A stretch of 64,000 nt of DNA from positions 17,670,001 through 17,734,000 of the forward strand of contig CATNEN010000039.1 of NCBI GenBank assembly GCA_950097015.1. The letters run 5' to 3'. The DNA comes from Macrostomum hystrix (Eukaryota > Animalia > Platyhelminthes). Positions 34,235 to 46,700 of this stretch are shown here, piece by piece; the stretch's first letter is position 1, and every line of letters starts with the position of its first letter. The notes beneath the pieces are model-generated. The model ran no database searches. It saw only the letters and a program-made list of their open reading frames with translations, and had not been told where the DNA came from. The position numbers and the translations under genes are program-made.

Positions 34235-36559
34235 GGGAGTAGGCCTATAGTATAGGGCCTATTGTCAATCTAAGATAAACAGGAACTAGACAGCTGGCTG
34301 AGGTTAGGCCTAATGTGTAAGCGCCAACAAAAAGATAGAGAAATCAAATGTGCTCAATTAATTAGATACATTCTCTAGTTATAAAAGTATAGAAAATTTA
34401 AAGACAATAACAACAGGCAAAAACTTTAACACTAATAAGAATATTAACTAAGCCTAAGGTTTAGAAGTATAAAAAACCACATCAAGCATAAGAATGCACG
34501 AGAGATTTCAAGTAAATTATAGTTGCATCATAAAGTCATAATTTGAAAGTATATTAATAATATTTTGCTATACAGTGTGAGGAAATATAAATTAGGCCTA
34601 TATTATAGGTTAGTAATTCCATATGAGCCCTAGGATAATACAAAGACTAAGAGCAATACAAAGATGCTATAAAGAGAGCAGCCGAACGATATTTTGTCCG
34701 TTCATGCAATACATAGCATGAACATAAGTTGTTCATGCTTTAGGTTTCGGCCGAAATCGTCAAGTTGCTCAATAAAGCCATGAACTAACTAATGACTTTT
34801 AGCCCTTTTAAAAAAAGAAATCTTACGCTTGTTTAAATAAGTTATAAAGAAGAATAACGACAAATTTACGACCCTTGGAAATTTAATATTTAAGAACGTA
34901 TATGTAATTGCAATAGCGCATTAGGCCTAAGGCATATCACGTTCAATGACAGCATTAATGAGTGGCGTGAATTTCTCTTAACGGTGATGTATCTTCCTTT
35001 ACTTTTTACACTTGACGTAACTTTTGGGATTTAAGCAAGAAACTGCTGGTTTCTAGAATCACATTGATAAAAATCGTTTTACACAATGAATAGGGTTTTT
35101 AATATCAATAGGGTAATCCACTTCTCAGTAAAAGTAGAGTAGGATTGTGACTGTAGCAATGATTTCTTTGAAAATAAGCATTGCAAAATTGTCTAACTCA
35201 TACTTAGTTCCCAGAATCGTAGAATCTACAACGGGATCACATAATCATTACTGATTGGTTTTTTCATCCAGCGCCCGCTGTTAGAAGGAAAGTTCATTGA
35301 AGATTAAAAAACAAGCGACTAGATAATAGAAAGCGACAATTTAACGAGATAGTAATGATTCAGCAAATCGGACAGTTCAGCAATCAAATAGCGAATTTAT
35401 TTTAGTTTATTTTACTATAATAAAGCATACTGAAGTGCTAAACAACAGTTTTGCCTAAAGAATACACATCTTGTAGTAAAACGTGAACAGTATTCAACAA
35501 TTTAATCAGTAGATTTTTTAAAAGTGAAAGCATGCAAGCCACTTAACACTTGTGCATGCATTATTTGGATATTGGCAGTATTAGTAAACAAACCAATTAG
35601 TTATCAAAAGTATTTTTTTAATTACTTTAAAACTTTAATTACACATATAGACTTCAGAAAATTGACGCGGAGCTAAGTACAAGTAACTAGGTACGTATTC
35701 AATAAATACATTGATATTTGAACCACAGGGATTAATTTTACTACAGACAACGTGATGAGCAAATACGAAAACAAAAAAATCAACAAAGATGCTTCTTAAT
35801 TTTTTACCATTAACAACTGTGCCTCGTTTTTTAATCTTGATTGCTATATTTAATATTTCTTAGATTTTATATTTTCTATGAAGTCCTATAATATCCCAGC
35901 AATTATAAAATAATATTTTAGACAACTTTAATACTAGTCCATATTTTAACAATGTCCTTTTTTGATCGTTAGTTGTGTCTAAACCATAGTTTTATAAGCC
36001 GCAGATTAATAAACCGGAAATGATTTACAGATATGACAAAGAAACATATTGCGTTCCAGAACAAAAAAATCTAACAATTGTATAATACCACCAGTCCCCT
36101 ATGTAAATATGGAGATTAGGGTTAATAATTGTTAAACTAAGAAGACACCGAAACAATCATTGAAAATACATATTACATTAGAAAGCAAATTATAATAGAA
36201 TCCGATTCACATTTAAATTAACTGAATAATATAAACATTTAACAACGAGTATTATATATTTTTACTAGTATTTTTGGGAATTTAGAAACGAAAATATGAC
36301 TTACGTAATGTGCAGTTAGCAAAAAAGTTAGACCGAGATAAACAAACGAACGTATCATTTTATGACACACATTCTATTATGCGAAAAACAAAGATCAGAA
36401 AACGAGGTTGCAAAAACAAAAATCGACTTTTGTTTCTGATGATGAATTACATGCCCCCACATAGGCACAATCAATCGAATAGTGCAACAGAAAGAGAATC
36501 AGGAAAATGAGTTCAGTGCAATTTTGGATTCTAGTTTATTTCAAGAAGTCGATAAACAC

Positions 36560-39500
36560 TTAAATCTCCAACTGCGCCAACAGTCCGGCAATTGTGGAGT
36601 CGCTAGAGGCGCTCTGGCTGCGGGCGAATTCCAAAGTGGCCTCGAAGTGCTTGTGGATGTGCTCGGAGTCCGGGCTAGGCTCCAGGCCAGATAGCAGCTC
36701 GCGAATCTTGGCTAGCAACTGACCGGCTGTGCTGCTGAGCTGGGACACATCCAGGTCGCTGCCTAAAATATGTGAGCTTTGTAAAACTGATCAGCCCTGA
36801 GCAGAGACTTTGAAACGATCAGGATACCAGGGACTTCAAAGACACTGTCTAGACACCGGAAAAACTCACCAGCGGATTGCAGCACAAAGTAAAGATAATA
36901 GTTGACCAGCTCAGTGTACAGCTGAGCCTGTAGGCTAGCGTCCATGCACTGACTAGCCAGACGGCCGGCTCGTTTCAGACATTCGCCGACTTTCTTCAAG
37001 TCGCGCATCTCGGCGCCCTGCAGTTCGCGCGGCCGGCCACTCCAGAATAGATGAGCGCAAGCGGCTACAGCGCGACTCTGGTCCGGCTTGCGCAGCAGTT
37101 TAGAAGCCGCATGCACAGTCTGGGAGCGCAGGGGCTCGTGATTCTCCGAGGCAAAGCAAGTCATGCGCTGCAGCGCGCCAGTTAGTAGGGTGATGGCCGC
37201 CAACTGGGCCTGGTTGAACATTAGCGGCAGGTTATGGACATTTTGAATTTCTAGCCTTTTAATGTTGAAAAATTAGTATACCAGACTAGCAAAAACCCCC
37301 TCGGTTATGTCCTATACCAGTATGGGCAATTAATAAGCTAGCTTGAGATTTACCTCCTCGGTAAGTAAGAAACTTAGTATAGTAGACTAGCAAAAAATAC
37401 CCCCATATTTTAAATTGACTGGTGCTGAAAATACACATACCAATGTATATTAACTAAAGAGAGTGCTTTAGAACTTAAGCTGGAATCTAAAGCTAAAGTC
37501 TAAATTCCTGCACATACTTTACTACAAGCACGCCACTAGAGCAAAAAACTTATGATAAACCTTGGAGTCAGATATCTCCTCTTCGTAGAGACTGAACGCC
37601 TGGGACAAGAACTCATAGGCAACCGTGTCGTGCTGATCGAATGGAATTTTATCCACCACCAGGGCGCCGTCAACAAACAGTCGCAGGGCCAAATTTGGCA
37701 GCTCGCATTTGGCCAAGCCGCAGACAGTGCTGTGACAGAATTCAAAGATCTTGCGGCACTTCTTGCGCCACTTGTCGTCGCTGTCCTGACGACTGTAGAA
37801 TCTGCGATAGTCAGAATGAGAAATCTATCTGACATTGTGTTGAAGTCCCTTATCAGCTGAGGAATCAACAATCAGTTGGGGTGTGTGTGACCAATCAGTT
37901 GGGGTGTGACCAATCAGTTGGGTTGTGTGTGACCAATCAGTTGGGTTGTGTGTGACCAATCAGTTGGGGTGTGTGTGACCAATCAGTTGGGGTGTGTGTG
38001 ACCAATCAGTTGGGTTGTGTGTGACCAATTAGTTGGGGTGTGACCAATCAGTTGGGGTGTGTGTGACCAATCAGTTGGGGTGTGACCAATCAGTTGGAGT
38101 GTAACCAATAAGTTGGGGTGTGTGTGACCAATTAGTTGGGGTGTGACCAATCAGTTGGGGTGTGACCAATCAGTTGGGGTGTGTGTGACCAATCAGTTGG
38201 GGTGTGACCAATCAGTTGGAGTGTAACCAATAAGTTGGGGTGTGTGTGACCAATCAGTTGGGGTGTGACCAAAAGGGAGTCACCAAAAACGCACCTGATA
38301 GCCAGCTGGTAGGCCTGGTACACCACAGGCGGGAGTGTGTACTTGACTCGCCGTCCGCCGCCAGTGGCCAAAATCCGGCGGGCAGTTTTGAGCACACCGA
38401 ACTGTTCGTCAAGCAGTTCTTCGCCAGTATTGAACAGGTGAACAACTCGGCCTAAGAGTGATTGCTCCTCGGCTAAGTCCTCGTTGTCAGCGGCTTCGCC
38501 TTCGGGCCCGCCTCCGTTGGCCGCATTATCACCGGGATCAACGCGCAGGCTGTTAGAAGCGGCGGCAGCGGCTGCGGCAGCATCGGCGCCCGGATCGGCA
38601 ACCAGGCAGCGGACAAGATCAAGCAGCTGCTCAACCTGCTCCGAGCTGGGCACCTGGGTGCCATTGTTGAGCATGTTCTGCAGCAGATAGGCGGACACAG
38701 ATTTTTTTGTCGGCGGGTCGAGGCGCTGCAGCAGCGGTGAATAGTTACGCAATCGCAGCAGAATCAGGGCGTCGTTCCACTGATCGATTGGCAGCTTGAG
38801 CAGTTTCATCAGCTCGCGAGACAGGTTCGAATGATCGTTGATGCTGCTCATGAGAAATATTTGGGTTTGTATAGGGTTATAGATTCAATAATAATAATAA
38901 TTGATTACACCTGCCTAAATAAGGCCAGCTATTATCGCATCTGAAGACTGAGCACGGCCGTTCAGGAACTTCAGTCCATGGACTGGGGAGACGCCACACC
39001 CTCGCTCCACTACCCTAGCTGATGCTGGTACACATTTAACAGCTGGGTGAACTGAAGCACAGTTAAATCTCTTGCTAAAGGACACAACTTGTTCCAGTGG
39101 AGTCGGGAATCGAACCACCGACCTTTAAGTTGTGAGTCCGACGCTCAAATCACAAGGCTACAAATTAGGACTAGAAGACAATAGAATTAACTCACTGCTC
39201 CACACCGAGTTTATCCAATCCGTTGTTGGTTGTCTCCAGCACTTTATCAACGTAGTCTTCGCGATCTTTGTACACACCCAGGGCTAGACCGGTGAGTGCA
39301 GCCTGCAGGCTCACTAGGTCCTCAGGGGACAGGTCAGGCTTGTTCTGAGCAGGTGAGGAAAAATTGCTAATGAGAACTATGAGACTCAATTGAACAGTCA
39401 ATTCTAAAATCCTAAAATGGTTTGGTCGACTCGGGATTTTGAAGAATGGAGTTTCAAGCTAGGATTTTGTCAACCATTTTTAAGATTACTAACAATTGAG

Positions 39501-41295
39501 ATTTGTTAACGGATTTAAAAAGGATTTCAAAGAATACGACTAAGATATAAAATTAATTTCACGATTCTGAAAATTCCATGAAAGTTTGAGGATTGCTTTG
39601 ACAATTCCAGGGATTTTCATGAAGGGGCTTTAGATTTTGGGATTTCCATGAAAGGGATTTGGATTTGGATTTATGTTTGCCTGAACTATTTTATGATTTT
39701 AAGAATGGGATTTTGATGGGATTGACGAATCTGGGATTGGGGAGACAAACCTCGATAATCTTAGCAATCTGTTCGCTGAAGAAGTCGAACAGCGGAATGT
39801 CGGCTGGAATTCCGTTGCTGCCCTCGCGAGTAGCAAAGGTGGACAGTCGGTTAATGAGGCTGATGAGGATGTTCTTGACTGGCACAGCCGGGTTGAGCTC
39901 GGCGCAGGCCTGCAGAAAGTCCTGCAGCGTGGCCAGATGATACTCGTCTGGGAACACCTGGATAATGCACTCCATCACGTAGTCCTGACTCAGGGCATCT
40001 TTGCAGTTCACAACCTGCGGAAGGAATTTTTTTCTTAGTCCGAAAACCGAATAAAATCCAAATTAAGGATTCAATATGCCAATATGACGAATGCCACGTC
40101 AATCCCACCTGTTCCAGCACGGCCGGTAGTACAACAGTTCGGTATCGCTGCACATCGATGGTGTCCAACTGAGACAGCCGGACCAGATTAGTGCCAACTA
40201 GCAGTTTGAGTTCTCGTCTTTCCTGCTCGCGCCGATCCCGATCTCTGGAGTGGCCCTGGTGCTGCATTCGCACCCAGAGTTTGTTCATCTCGCTGAAATT
40301 CAACAGCACAAAGTCAATGCTGTCAGACACGCAGCCAGAATCCTCCTGCTCTTCGGTGACACAGTCTGGCAGAACATTCTTAGTGCACTGCAGCAGGTAG
40401 TTACGAAGGAATAGGCCACGCAGCGGATGCTGCACACCCCGACACATCTCAACTAGGTCTTTTAGAATGTCCTTACGAGAAATCTCCGAGCATTTGATGT
40501 AAACAACGCCAACTGTGATGAGTAGGTAGAGTCGCGGTATGATGTTGCCGGCGTATTGCACCAGTTCGTACAGATCCTACGTGCAGGTTTAGATGGAATT
40601 TCATATCAAAAATGTAGCTCATTACGGTTATACAGACTCCCTCATTCGGGTCATACAGACTTCCTCAATTGGGCAATACAGACTCCCTCAATTGGGTCAT
40701 ACAGACTCCCTCAGTTGGGTCATACAGACTCCCTCAATTGGGTCATACAGGCTTTCACATTCGGGTCATACAGACTTCCTGAATTGGGTCATACAGACTT
40801 CCTCAATTGAGTCATACAGACTCCCTCAATTGGGTCATACAGGCTTCCTCAACTGGGTCATACAGACTCCCTCAACTGTGTCATACAGGGCCAACACTAA
40901 AATCTCAGCTGATTACACTGTCCATTACACAGGCCATATATAGACTTTTTGCAGCTATAAACAATTTATTAGCCAGTCATATAACAGTATAATCCTTAGC
41001 TTCAAACCTGAACTCTGCGACCCTTTTGAAATTCGTCCAGCAGGTAAATTTCCAGGTGTCGCATCTCGTCTGTAATCAGCATGTATAACTCGTAATAGCT
41101 CTTTGGAGATAGCAGTGAGGTGCGCAATTCGCCTAACATATTGCTTGCATGCTTCAATGCGTCCATTAGTTTGCTTTTATCAAGACAGCGCTTCATTTGG
41201 AAGGCCTGAAGTTTCACTACAGACAGGGCCTCATCGAGCAGCTTCTCCTGGTCCTCCATCACTGGACCAGACATGTCCTGGCTTCTTGTCTGCAT
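36560..41295 (-). CDS. VPS35: Vacuolar protein sorting 35 (retromer subunit), 8 exons, ~833 aa
   Basis: Exons 41295-41008, 40576-40109, 40014-39751, 39344-39196, 38843-38295, 37801-37561, 37209-36870 and 36762-36560 are phase-compatible GT/AG. Motifs [37 protein letters not shown] and [11 protein letters not shown]. The extreme N-terminus is uncertain. Confidence 0.97.
37869..38271. repeat. 19/23-bp minisatellite (GACCAATCAGTTGGGGTGT[GTGT]) in VPS35 intron 5
   Basis: Tandem array. Confidence 0.9.
38887..39163 (-). mobile_element. tRNA-derived SINE with CORE-like central domain and (ATT)n tail in VPS35 intron 4
   Basis: Minus strand: degenerate A box TAGCCTTGTG, B box GGTTCGATTCC, TGTGTCCTTTAGCAAGAGATTTAAC, CACCCAGCTGTTAAATGTGTACC, 3' hairpin, (ATT)5. 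Confidence 0.8.
40632..40888. repeat. 23-bp minisatellite (CAGACTCCCTCAATTGGGTCATA) in VPS35 intron 1
   Basis: About 11 copies. Confidence 0.88.
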
Positions 41296-42311
41296 AGTAC
41301 AAGAGTGCAGCCGATTTTACTTGTTTGCTATAAGTTTATACAGTTTGCTTTGCTTGCTAGCTAAAATAAACGAGCACTTAGTGAGCCACATGAGCCAATA
41401 GAAAAAAGGAAATGACCATACCATACACATTTTGTGAACCTTATTGACATTTCACATAAGCAAATAGACAGAAATTTTAAAGACTCTAGAATATTTTTAG
41501 ATGTTGACATTAAGAGGAAAGAAAGATATTGATGTTTCAGTAGAAATTTTTATTGCAAAAGCATACTTTTTAACAACATTTTTTCAGTATGTACTTTAGA
41601 CAAAGATTGTATGTGGTTGCTAGCCAATTAAATGACCATAAATGTAGTTATTTATAGAGCATGAAAAATGCTTTCAAATGACATAATTCATGATAGTTCA
41701 CTCCTTAAAATAAGATTAAACCACTCACTCAAATTGTAAAACCAAACATCAAATTCTCTGTTTGGTTTGAAGATACATTAAAGCAGGAATAACTTTGTTT
41801 TTATTTGATAAAATAGCAAAAGCAGATAAAGATGTAACTGTTTTCTATAACTTGGCTTTTGATTTATCATCATATCTTAAATAGAAAATCTGTAGCTTAG
41901 ATTTGAAGTTAAAAAATACACATTCTTGTTTGGTTGATGATACATTACCCTAGCTTTATCTAATTATAATGATATTAAAAATACAGGTATAATATTGAAA
42001 AGCAAGATTTGTCGTTTTTAGTAACAGTAATAAAACAGTAATTGAACAGTGATACAGTAATACATTAATTGAACAGTAATACAAGTCACTTGCAACTTAG
42101 CACTTGCATAAGCCAAGTGGATAGCAATATTATCAGTCTATACACTGGTTTGTACACCAATTTGACTTTTATGTTTGAATGTATGCCAAGTGTATGCCAA
42201 CACTCATTAAAGACCCAAACTAGTTTTGCATTTAAGACTATGCCGATGCCTATAAATATTATAGTATGCATTTTACAGGAATTTAAACTAACAAAAATGA
42301 AAAGAACATAG

Positions 42312-42871
42312 TGTGACGATAAGCAATGGCGAACGTGTAGCGGTATATTTGTTCTTCAATTTACGTTAGATTATTAGATTGACAAATTATTAGACAGTGC
42401 GACAACTTATGTGACGATAAGCAATGGCGAACGTGTAGCGGTATATTTGTTCTTCAATTTACGTTAGATTATTAGATTGACAAATTATTAGACAGTGCGA
42501 CAACTTATGTGACGATAAGCAATGGCGAACGTGTAGCGGTATTTTATTTTTTTTTAGCTTCGATATTAAATTATTAATTATTGAGATTAGTAGACAGTGC
42601 GCGGCCGTTGGTTACTATAAAGTCTGAGATGCACTGCCAGCGCCCGCGCTTTAAGGGTTCGCGATTGCTTCGCTCTTTTTAAAAGTCTTCAAAATTTGTG
42701 CAATGTAAAACAAATTTAAAGTGCAAATTCTCAAGTACTGCAGATAAATAAATTAGCAGATAACTTTACTGACCTAACTGATACAAAAATTAACCTCAAT
42801 GTCATAGTACACAGACTTGCAACTTTATCAACGACAACAACAACAAAAAAATATGACTTCACGACGTCACA
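42312..42871 (-). repeat. 3' LTR of element B, with internal 98-bp tandem repeats
   Basis: Matches 50541-51100; subrepeats start at 42312, 42410 and 42508. Confidence 0.95.
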
Positions 42872-43137
42872 CCCGCCTCCTCTCCGAAAAAAAAGGAGAA
42901 CTACTGGCAATATTACAATTTTTTCGAGCGTATTGCGACAAGACGAGCGAAGAGCGAAAATATTCGAAATATTAGCTTACAAAATATTTTTACCAATACA
43001 TTACTATAAGTAGAAAAGAACGCAAACGAGGATAAATTATTTTTCATTTAGCGAAAAATTAGAACGCGCAGAGCAAAAAAAGGAATTAAAGAAAAAACAG
43101 TTCGCACAAAGCGACACGGCCACTCAGTCATTGTCGG

Positions 43138-43764
43138 TCACCGGCAGACACGACTTCCGATAACGAGCTGCGGCGCATGACAACGAGGCGAGCAACAGCC
43201 AGACTGAGCCGACAGCCGCCGAAGGCCCCGACGGCCCCCGCGCAGGCCCCCGGCCGACCCACGCCGCCCCGAGCTGATCCGCCACCGCCAAGCAGCCCGC
43301 TCCGCACAACTCAGACCCGCACGCGGCAGCAGAGTGCAGCTCTCCGGTCCACACCCACACGCACACGGCAGGCACACACTAAGACTACTCCAGAGAGAAA
43401 GAAACAGATGCAGGGAAGAAGAACGGGAAGGCACGACAAAGAGGATGCCGAGCGCAACCCCAGACACAACAGCGTCACCGGCTGGCGAACCAGCGCGGCA
43501 ACCGCGCCACAAAGGCGCTGCCAACACCCTGCGCACCAAGCGCACAACAACCAACAGACCGCAGCAGAGCAACTCAACAAGAGCAGGGGTAGCGCCAATC
43601 CGAAGAGACGGATCGACGCGGCAGCAAACGGATGAGAGCGGATTAAACGATGAAGTAGCAACGAAGCAAGACAAACTAAACCAAGGCAAAAAAAATGAGG
43701 CAAAGAAAGCAAAAAGAGGTAAAATAAGGAGGCACGGAGATGTCGAGATTTGCAAATGATGACG
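43138..43764 (-). other. In-frame hydrophobic ORF immediately after the gag-pol TAG (possible read-through, env-position ORF)
   Basis: AAG TAG CGT CAT CAT TTG... stays open for 208 codons with several hydrophobic stretches and no ATG of its own. Confidence 0.3.
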
Positions 43765-46700
43765 CTACTTGGACTTCTTACAAACGTCCAGGAGCCACCG
43801 CCGGAAGCGGGCCGGCTTTCGGACCTCCCTGCCTGCTCTGGTCGTGTAGCCAACCTCGGCAGCTGGGAGAGGCTGCTCAGCTCGGGCCTCAGGGTTCTCC
43901 AGCTCCAGCTGCTCTCCCTCTTCGGCGTGCTCAGATGATGCAGTGGCAGATGAGTCGGCAGATTCCGAACTAATTGAGCGGTGAGAGCCTGGGCTGCCCG
44001 TATTCTCTTCTCCGCCAGGTGGGTCGGCCTGCACCACTGGTTGTGGTTCAACCTCGGGCAACACCGCTTCAACCTGCTCTCCGCCTACTGACTGAGCCTG
44101 CTCCGCTGGAACGTCTTCAGCCCCTGCCTCATCCACCTGAGGAACCGTGGATTCCGACTGCGTGCTCTCGCTCACTGTCTCACAGGCGGGTGTCGGGTTC
44201 TGGTCGACGACCGGAGCATCTGAAGTGGTCGTGCTCAGAGCAGATTGCAGAGCATGAGCTGGCCGCCAGGGATACGGAGTTTCGGCCATAGACTGGCTTT
44301 CCAAGGAGCTCTGCCAGCCAGATTGGCGATCACCTTGGCCGAGTCTAGATGATGGCAACCGAGCAGCTACTGGCATGCCATACCGATCTGACACCTCCTG
44401 GTAGGTGGCCTTGCGCACACACCTCTTCATGCGGTCCACGTTATAAACGTTGTGACTTGGGTTCGGTACTTTCTCGTATGGGTTCCAGCGCGCGAATTCT
44501 GGAATGAGCCTATAGTTGCGCTCAGAGAGCTTTTGGATGACCTTGTAAGGTCCGAGCCAGACCGCAGTGTCCAGGCCTTTGTGGCTCGGGTTCAAAACCC
44601 ATACCAGCTCACCTACTTCAAAGTTCGAGTGAATAGCGTTGCGATCGTAGTACTTTTTCTGCCTCTGTTGTGCTTTTCCACGAATATGGCGAGCCATGGC
44701 TGAGATTTCGACTAAAGATTTGTGCAGGTAATGGGCGTAACTCTCAGGTCTATAGCGGTCCTGTCTAGGTGGATTAAAGACAAGGTCAAGTGGCAGATTC
44801 AGCTCACGACCCAGAAACAGTTTGGCCGGGGAAAACCCAGTTGACTCCGCAACTGTAGCGCGGATTGACAGCGTTGTTAGTCTCGCAGCAAGCGGCCAGT
44901 CGAACTGTCTCTCAAGGCACACGGCTCTTATCTGAGCCTTGATGGTCTGAATCATGCGTTCAGCTTTCCCATTCGCCTGAGGTCTCCTTGCGGTGATGCG
45001 TAGCATGTCAATCTCGAGCAAGCGAGTGAGCTCAGCCATAACGTGGTTGATAAACGCGGTCCCGTTATCGGTCACTAACTGCTCCATCGCACCGTATCTC
45101 GCTATCCACTCGGACAGCAGCACGGTCGCAGTAGTCTCAGCGGAGACATCAGTGACTGGAGCGATCTCAACGAAACCGGTAAACCTGTCAACCATCACTA
45201 GCAGGTATTTTAGCCCATTCTGATCGGGGAACGGGCCAGCATGATCGATGTGGACCACCTGGTTCGGAAATCCGGCTAAGGTCGGCTTCATTGGCTCCTT
45301 GTTCTTAATTTTACACTTCTTTGTACGCGCACAAACTTCGCACTCAGCCAAAATGCCGCGCACATACGTTTCTAAATCCGATATTTGAAACCTAGACTTG
45401 ATGGCTTGAGTTGTCTTTGTAACTCCACAGTGATTTAATTCTCGGTGATATCTGGCTACGAGTTCGCAAACTTCCGCGGTTTCTGGAATTACTAGAACTC
45501 TTTGAGCTGGTTTGTTTTTCTTAGCTGGTTTGTTCCTGTACAGAAAGCCCTGATGAACCACTAGCTCGTCCAGCTGTGACCAGAGAATTCGCAGCTCCCT
45601 ACTGCAGCCTTGTAACTCGGCCTTCGTTGGCTTTTCACGTCGGCCTTCGACAGTGTCGATGAGCTGCGCAAAATCGACGCAGGACTCCTGCGCCTCGCGC
45701 ACCCACTCGTCGCTTAACTCGCTGGGATCATCGTCGTCGCTGGGCTCGCTGCTGACGCCCGACAACGAAGCTGATGGCAACCTGCCAGTAGACGGCGGGT
45801 CGCTGGTTGTCACTGCAACAGGTTGCTCCGTGACCGTTGGATCCGATGTACCACTCAGCCCCGCATCACCAGGCCCGCCGTTCCAAGCAATCCCAACTTC
45901 TGACTCGGTTTGACAACCGACATCCGCAGCGAGGGAGTAAACTTCGATCTGACAGGCGACAGCACAAGCTGCTGGCTGGATTCCGACTTCTGGCTTTGTC
46001 TGCTTCTTTGGATGAAACTTCTGTTGGAAATCCGGAATGGTCGAGCAGGTTGGGCAATCGAAATGATCGGCCCGGAACCGTGGGTTCCTACTCAACAGGT
46101 CAGCATTCACGTGAGACAAACCAGGACGGTACACCACTTTGAAGTCGTATTCTGCCATGCGCTCAAGGGCAGATTGCTCCACTTTAAAGTCAAAGAGTTC
46201 AATTATTGTCAGCCACTGAGCCAACATGCCGGTAGCATGCTTCTTTGAGTGCAGCCATTGCAGAGCTGCAGCGTCCGACCGAACGATAAAAGGCTTGTCC
46301 AGAAGATAATGGCGGAAGTGCTCCAGCATGAGCACTAGTCCCAGCAGCTCTCTCATCGTGGCGCAATAATTACGCTGACTCGCTGAAAACTTTTTTGACG
46401 CATAAGCGACGACGTGTTCATCGCCTTCGGCACCCTCCTGCGAGAGGACACCGCCGACACCTTCTAAGGAGCTGTCGCAGTCCAGCACGAAGTTTCGACT
46501 GCCTGGGGACAGATCTGGGTATGCCAGCACGGGTGGGGCACACAAGCAGCGCTTAAGTTCCGTGAAAGCTCGATCGTGGGACTCAAGCCACTGGAATTTC
46601 TCGGGTCCTCTGGCGAGAGCGTACAGTGGAGTAGCGATGATCGAGAATCGGGGAACAAACTTTCGATAGTAATTTGCGAACCCCAAGAAAGACAGGAGTT

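Noticed and set aside
1267-41007. Idea that intronic satellites avoid AG on the sense strand
   Set aside because: True for several arrays but contradicted by the Rab 21-mer, ankyrin intron 1 and Rab intron 3 arrays.
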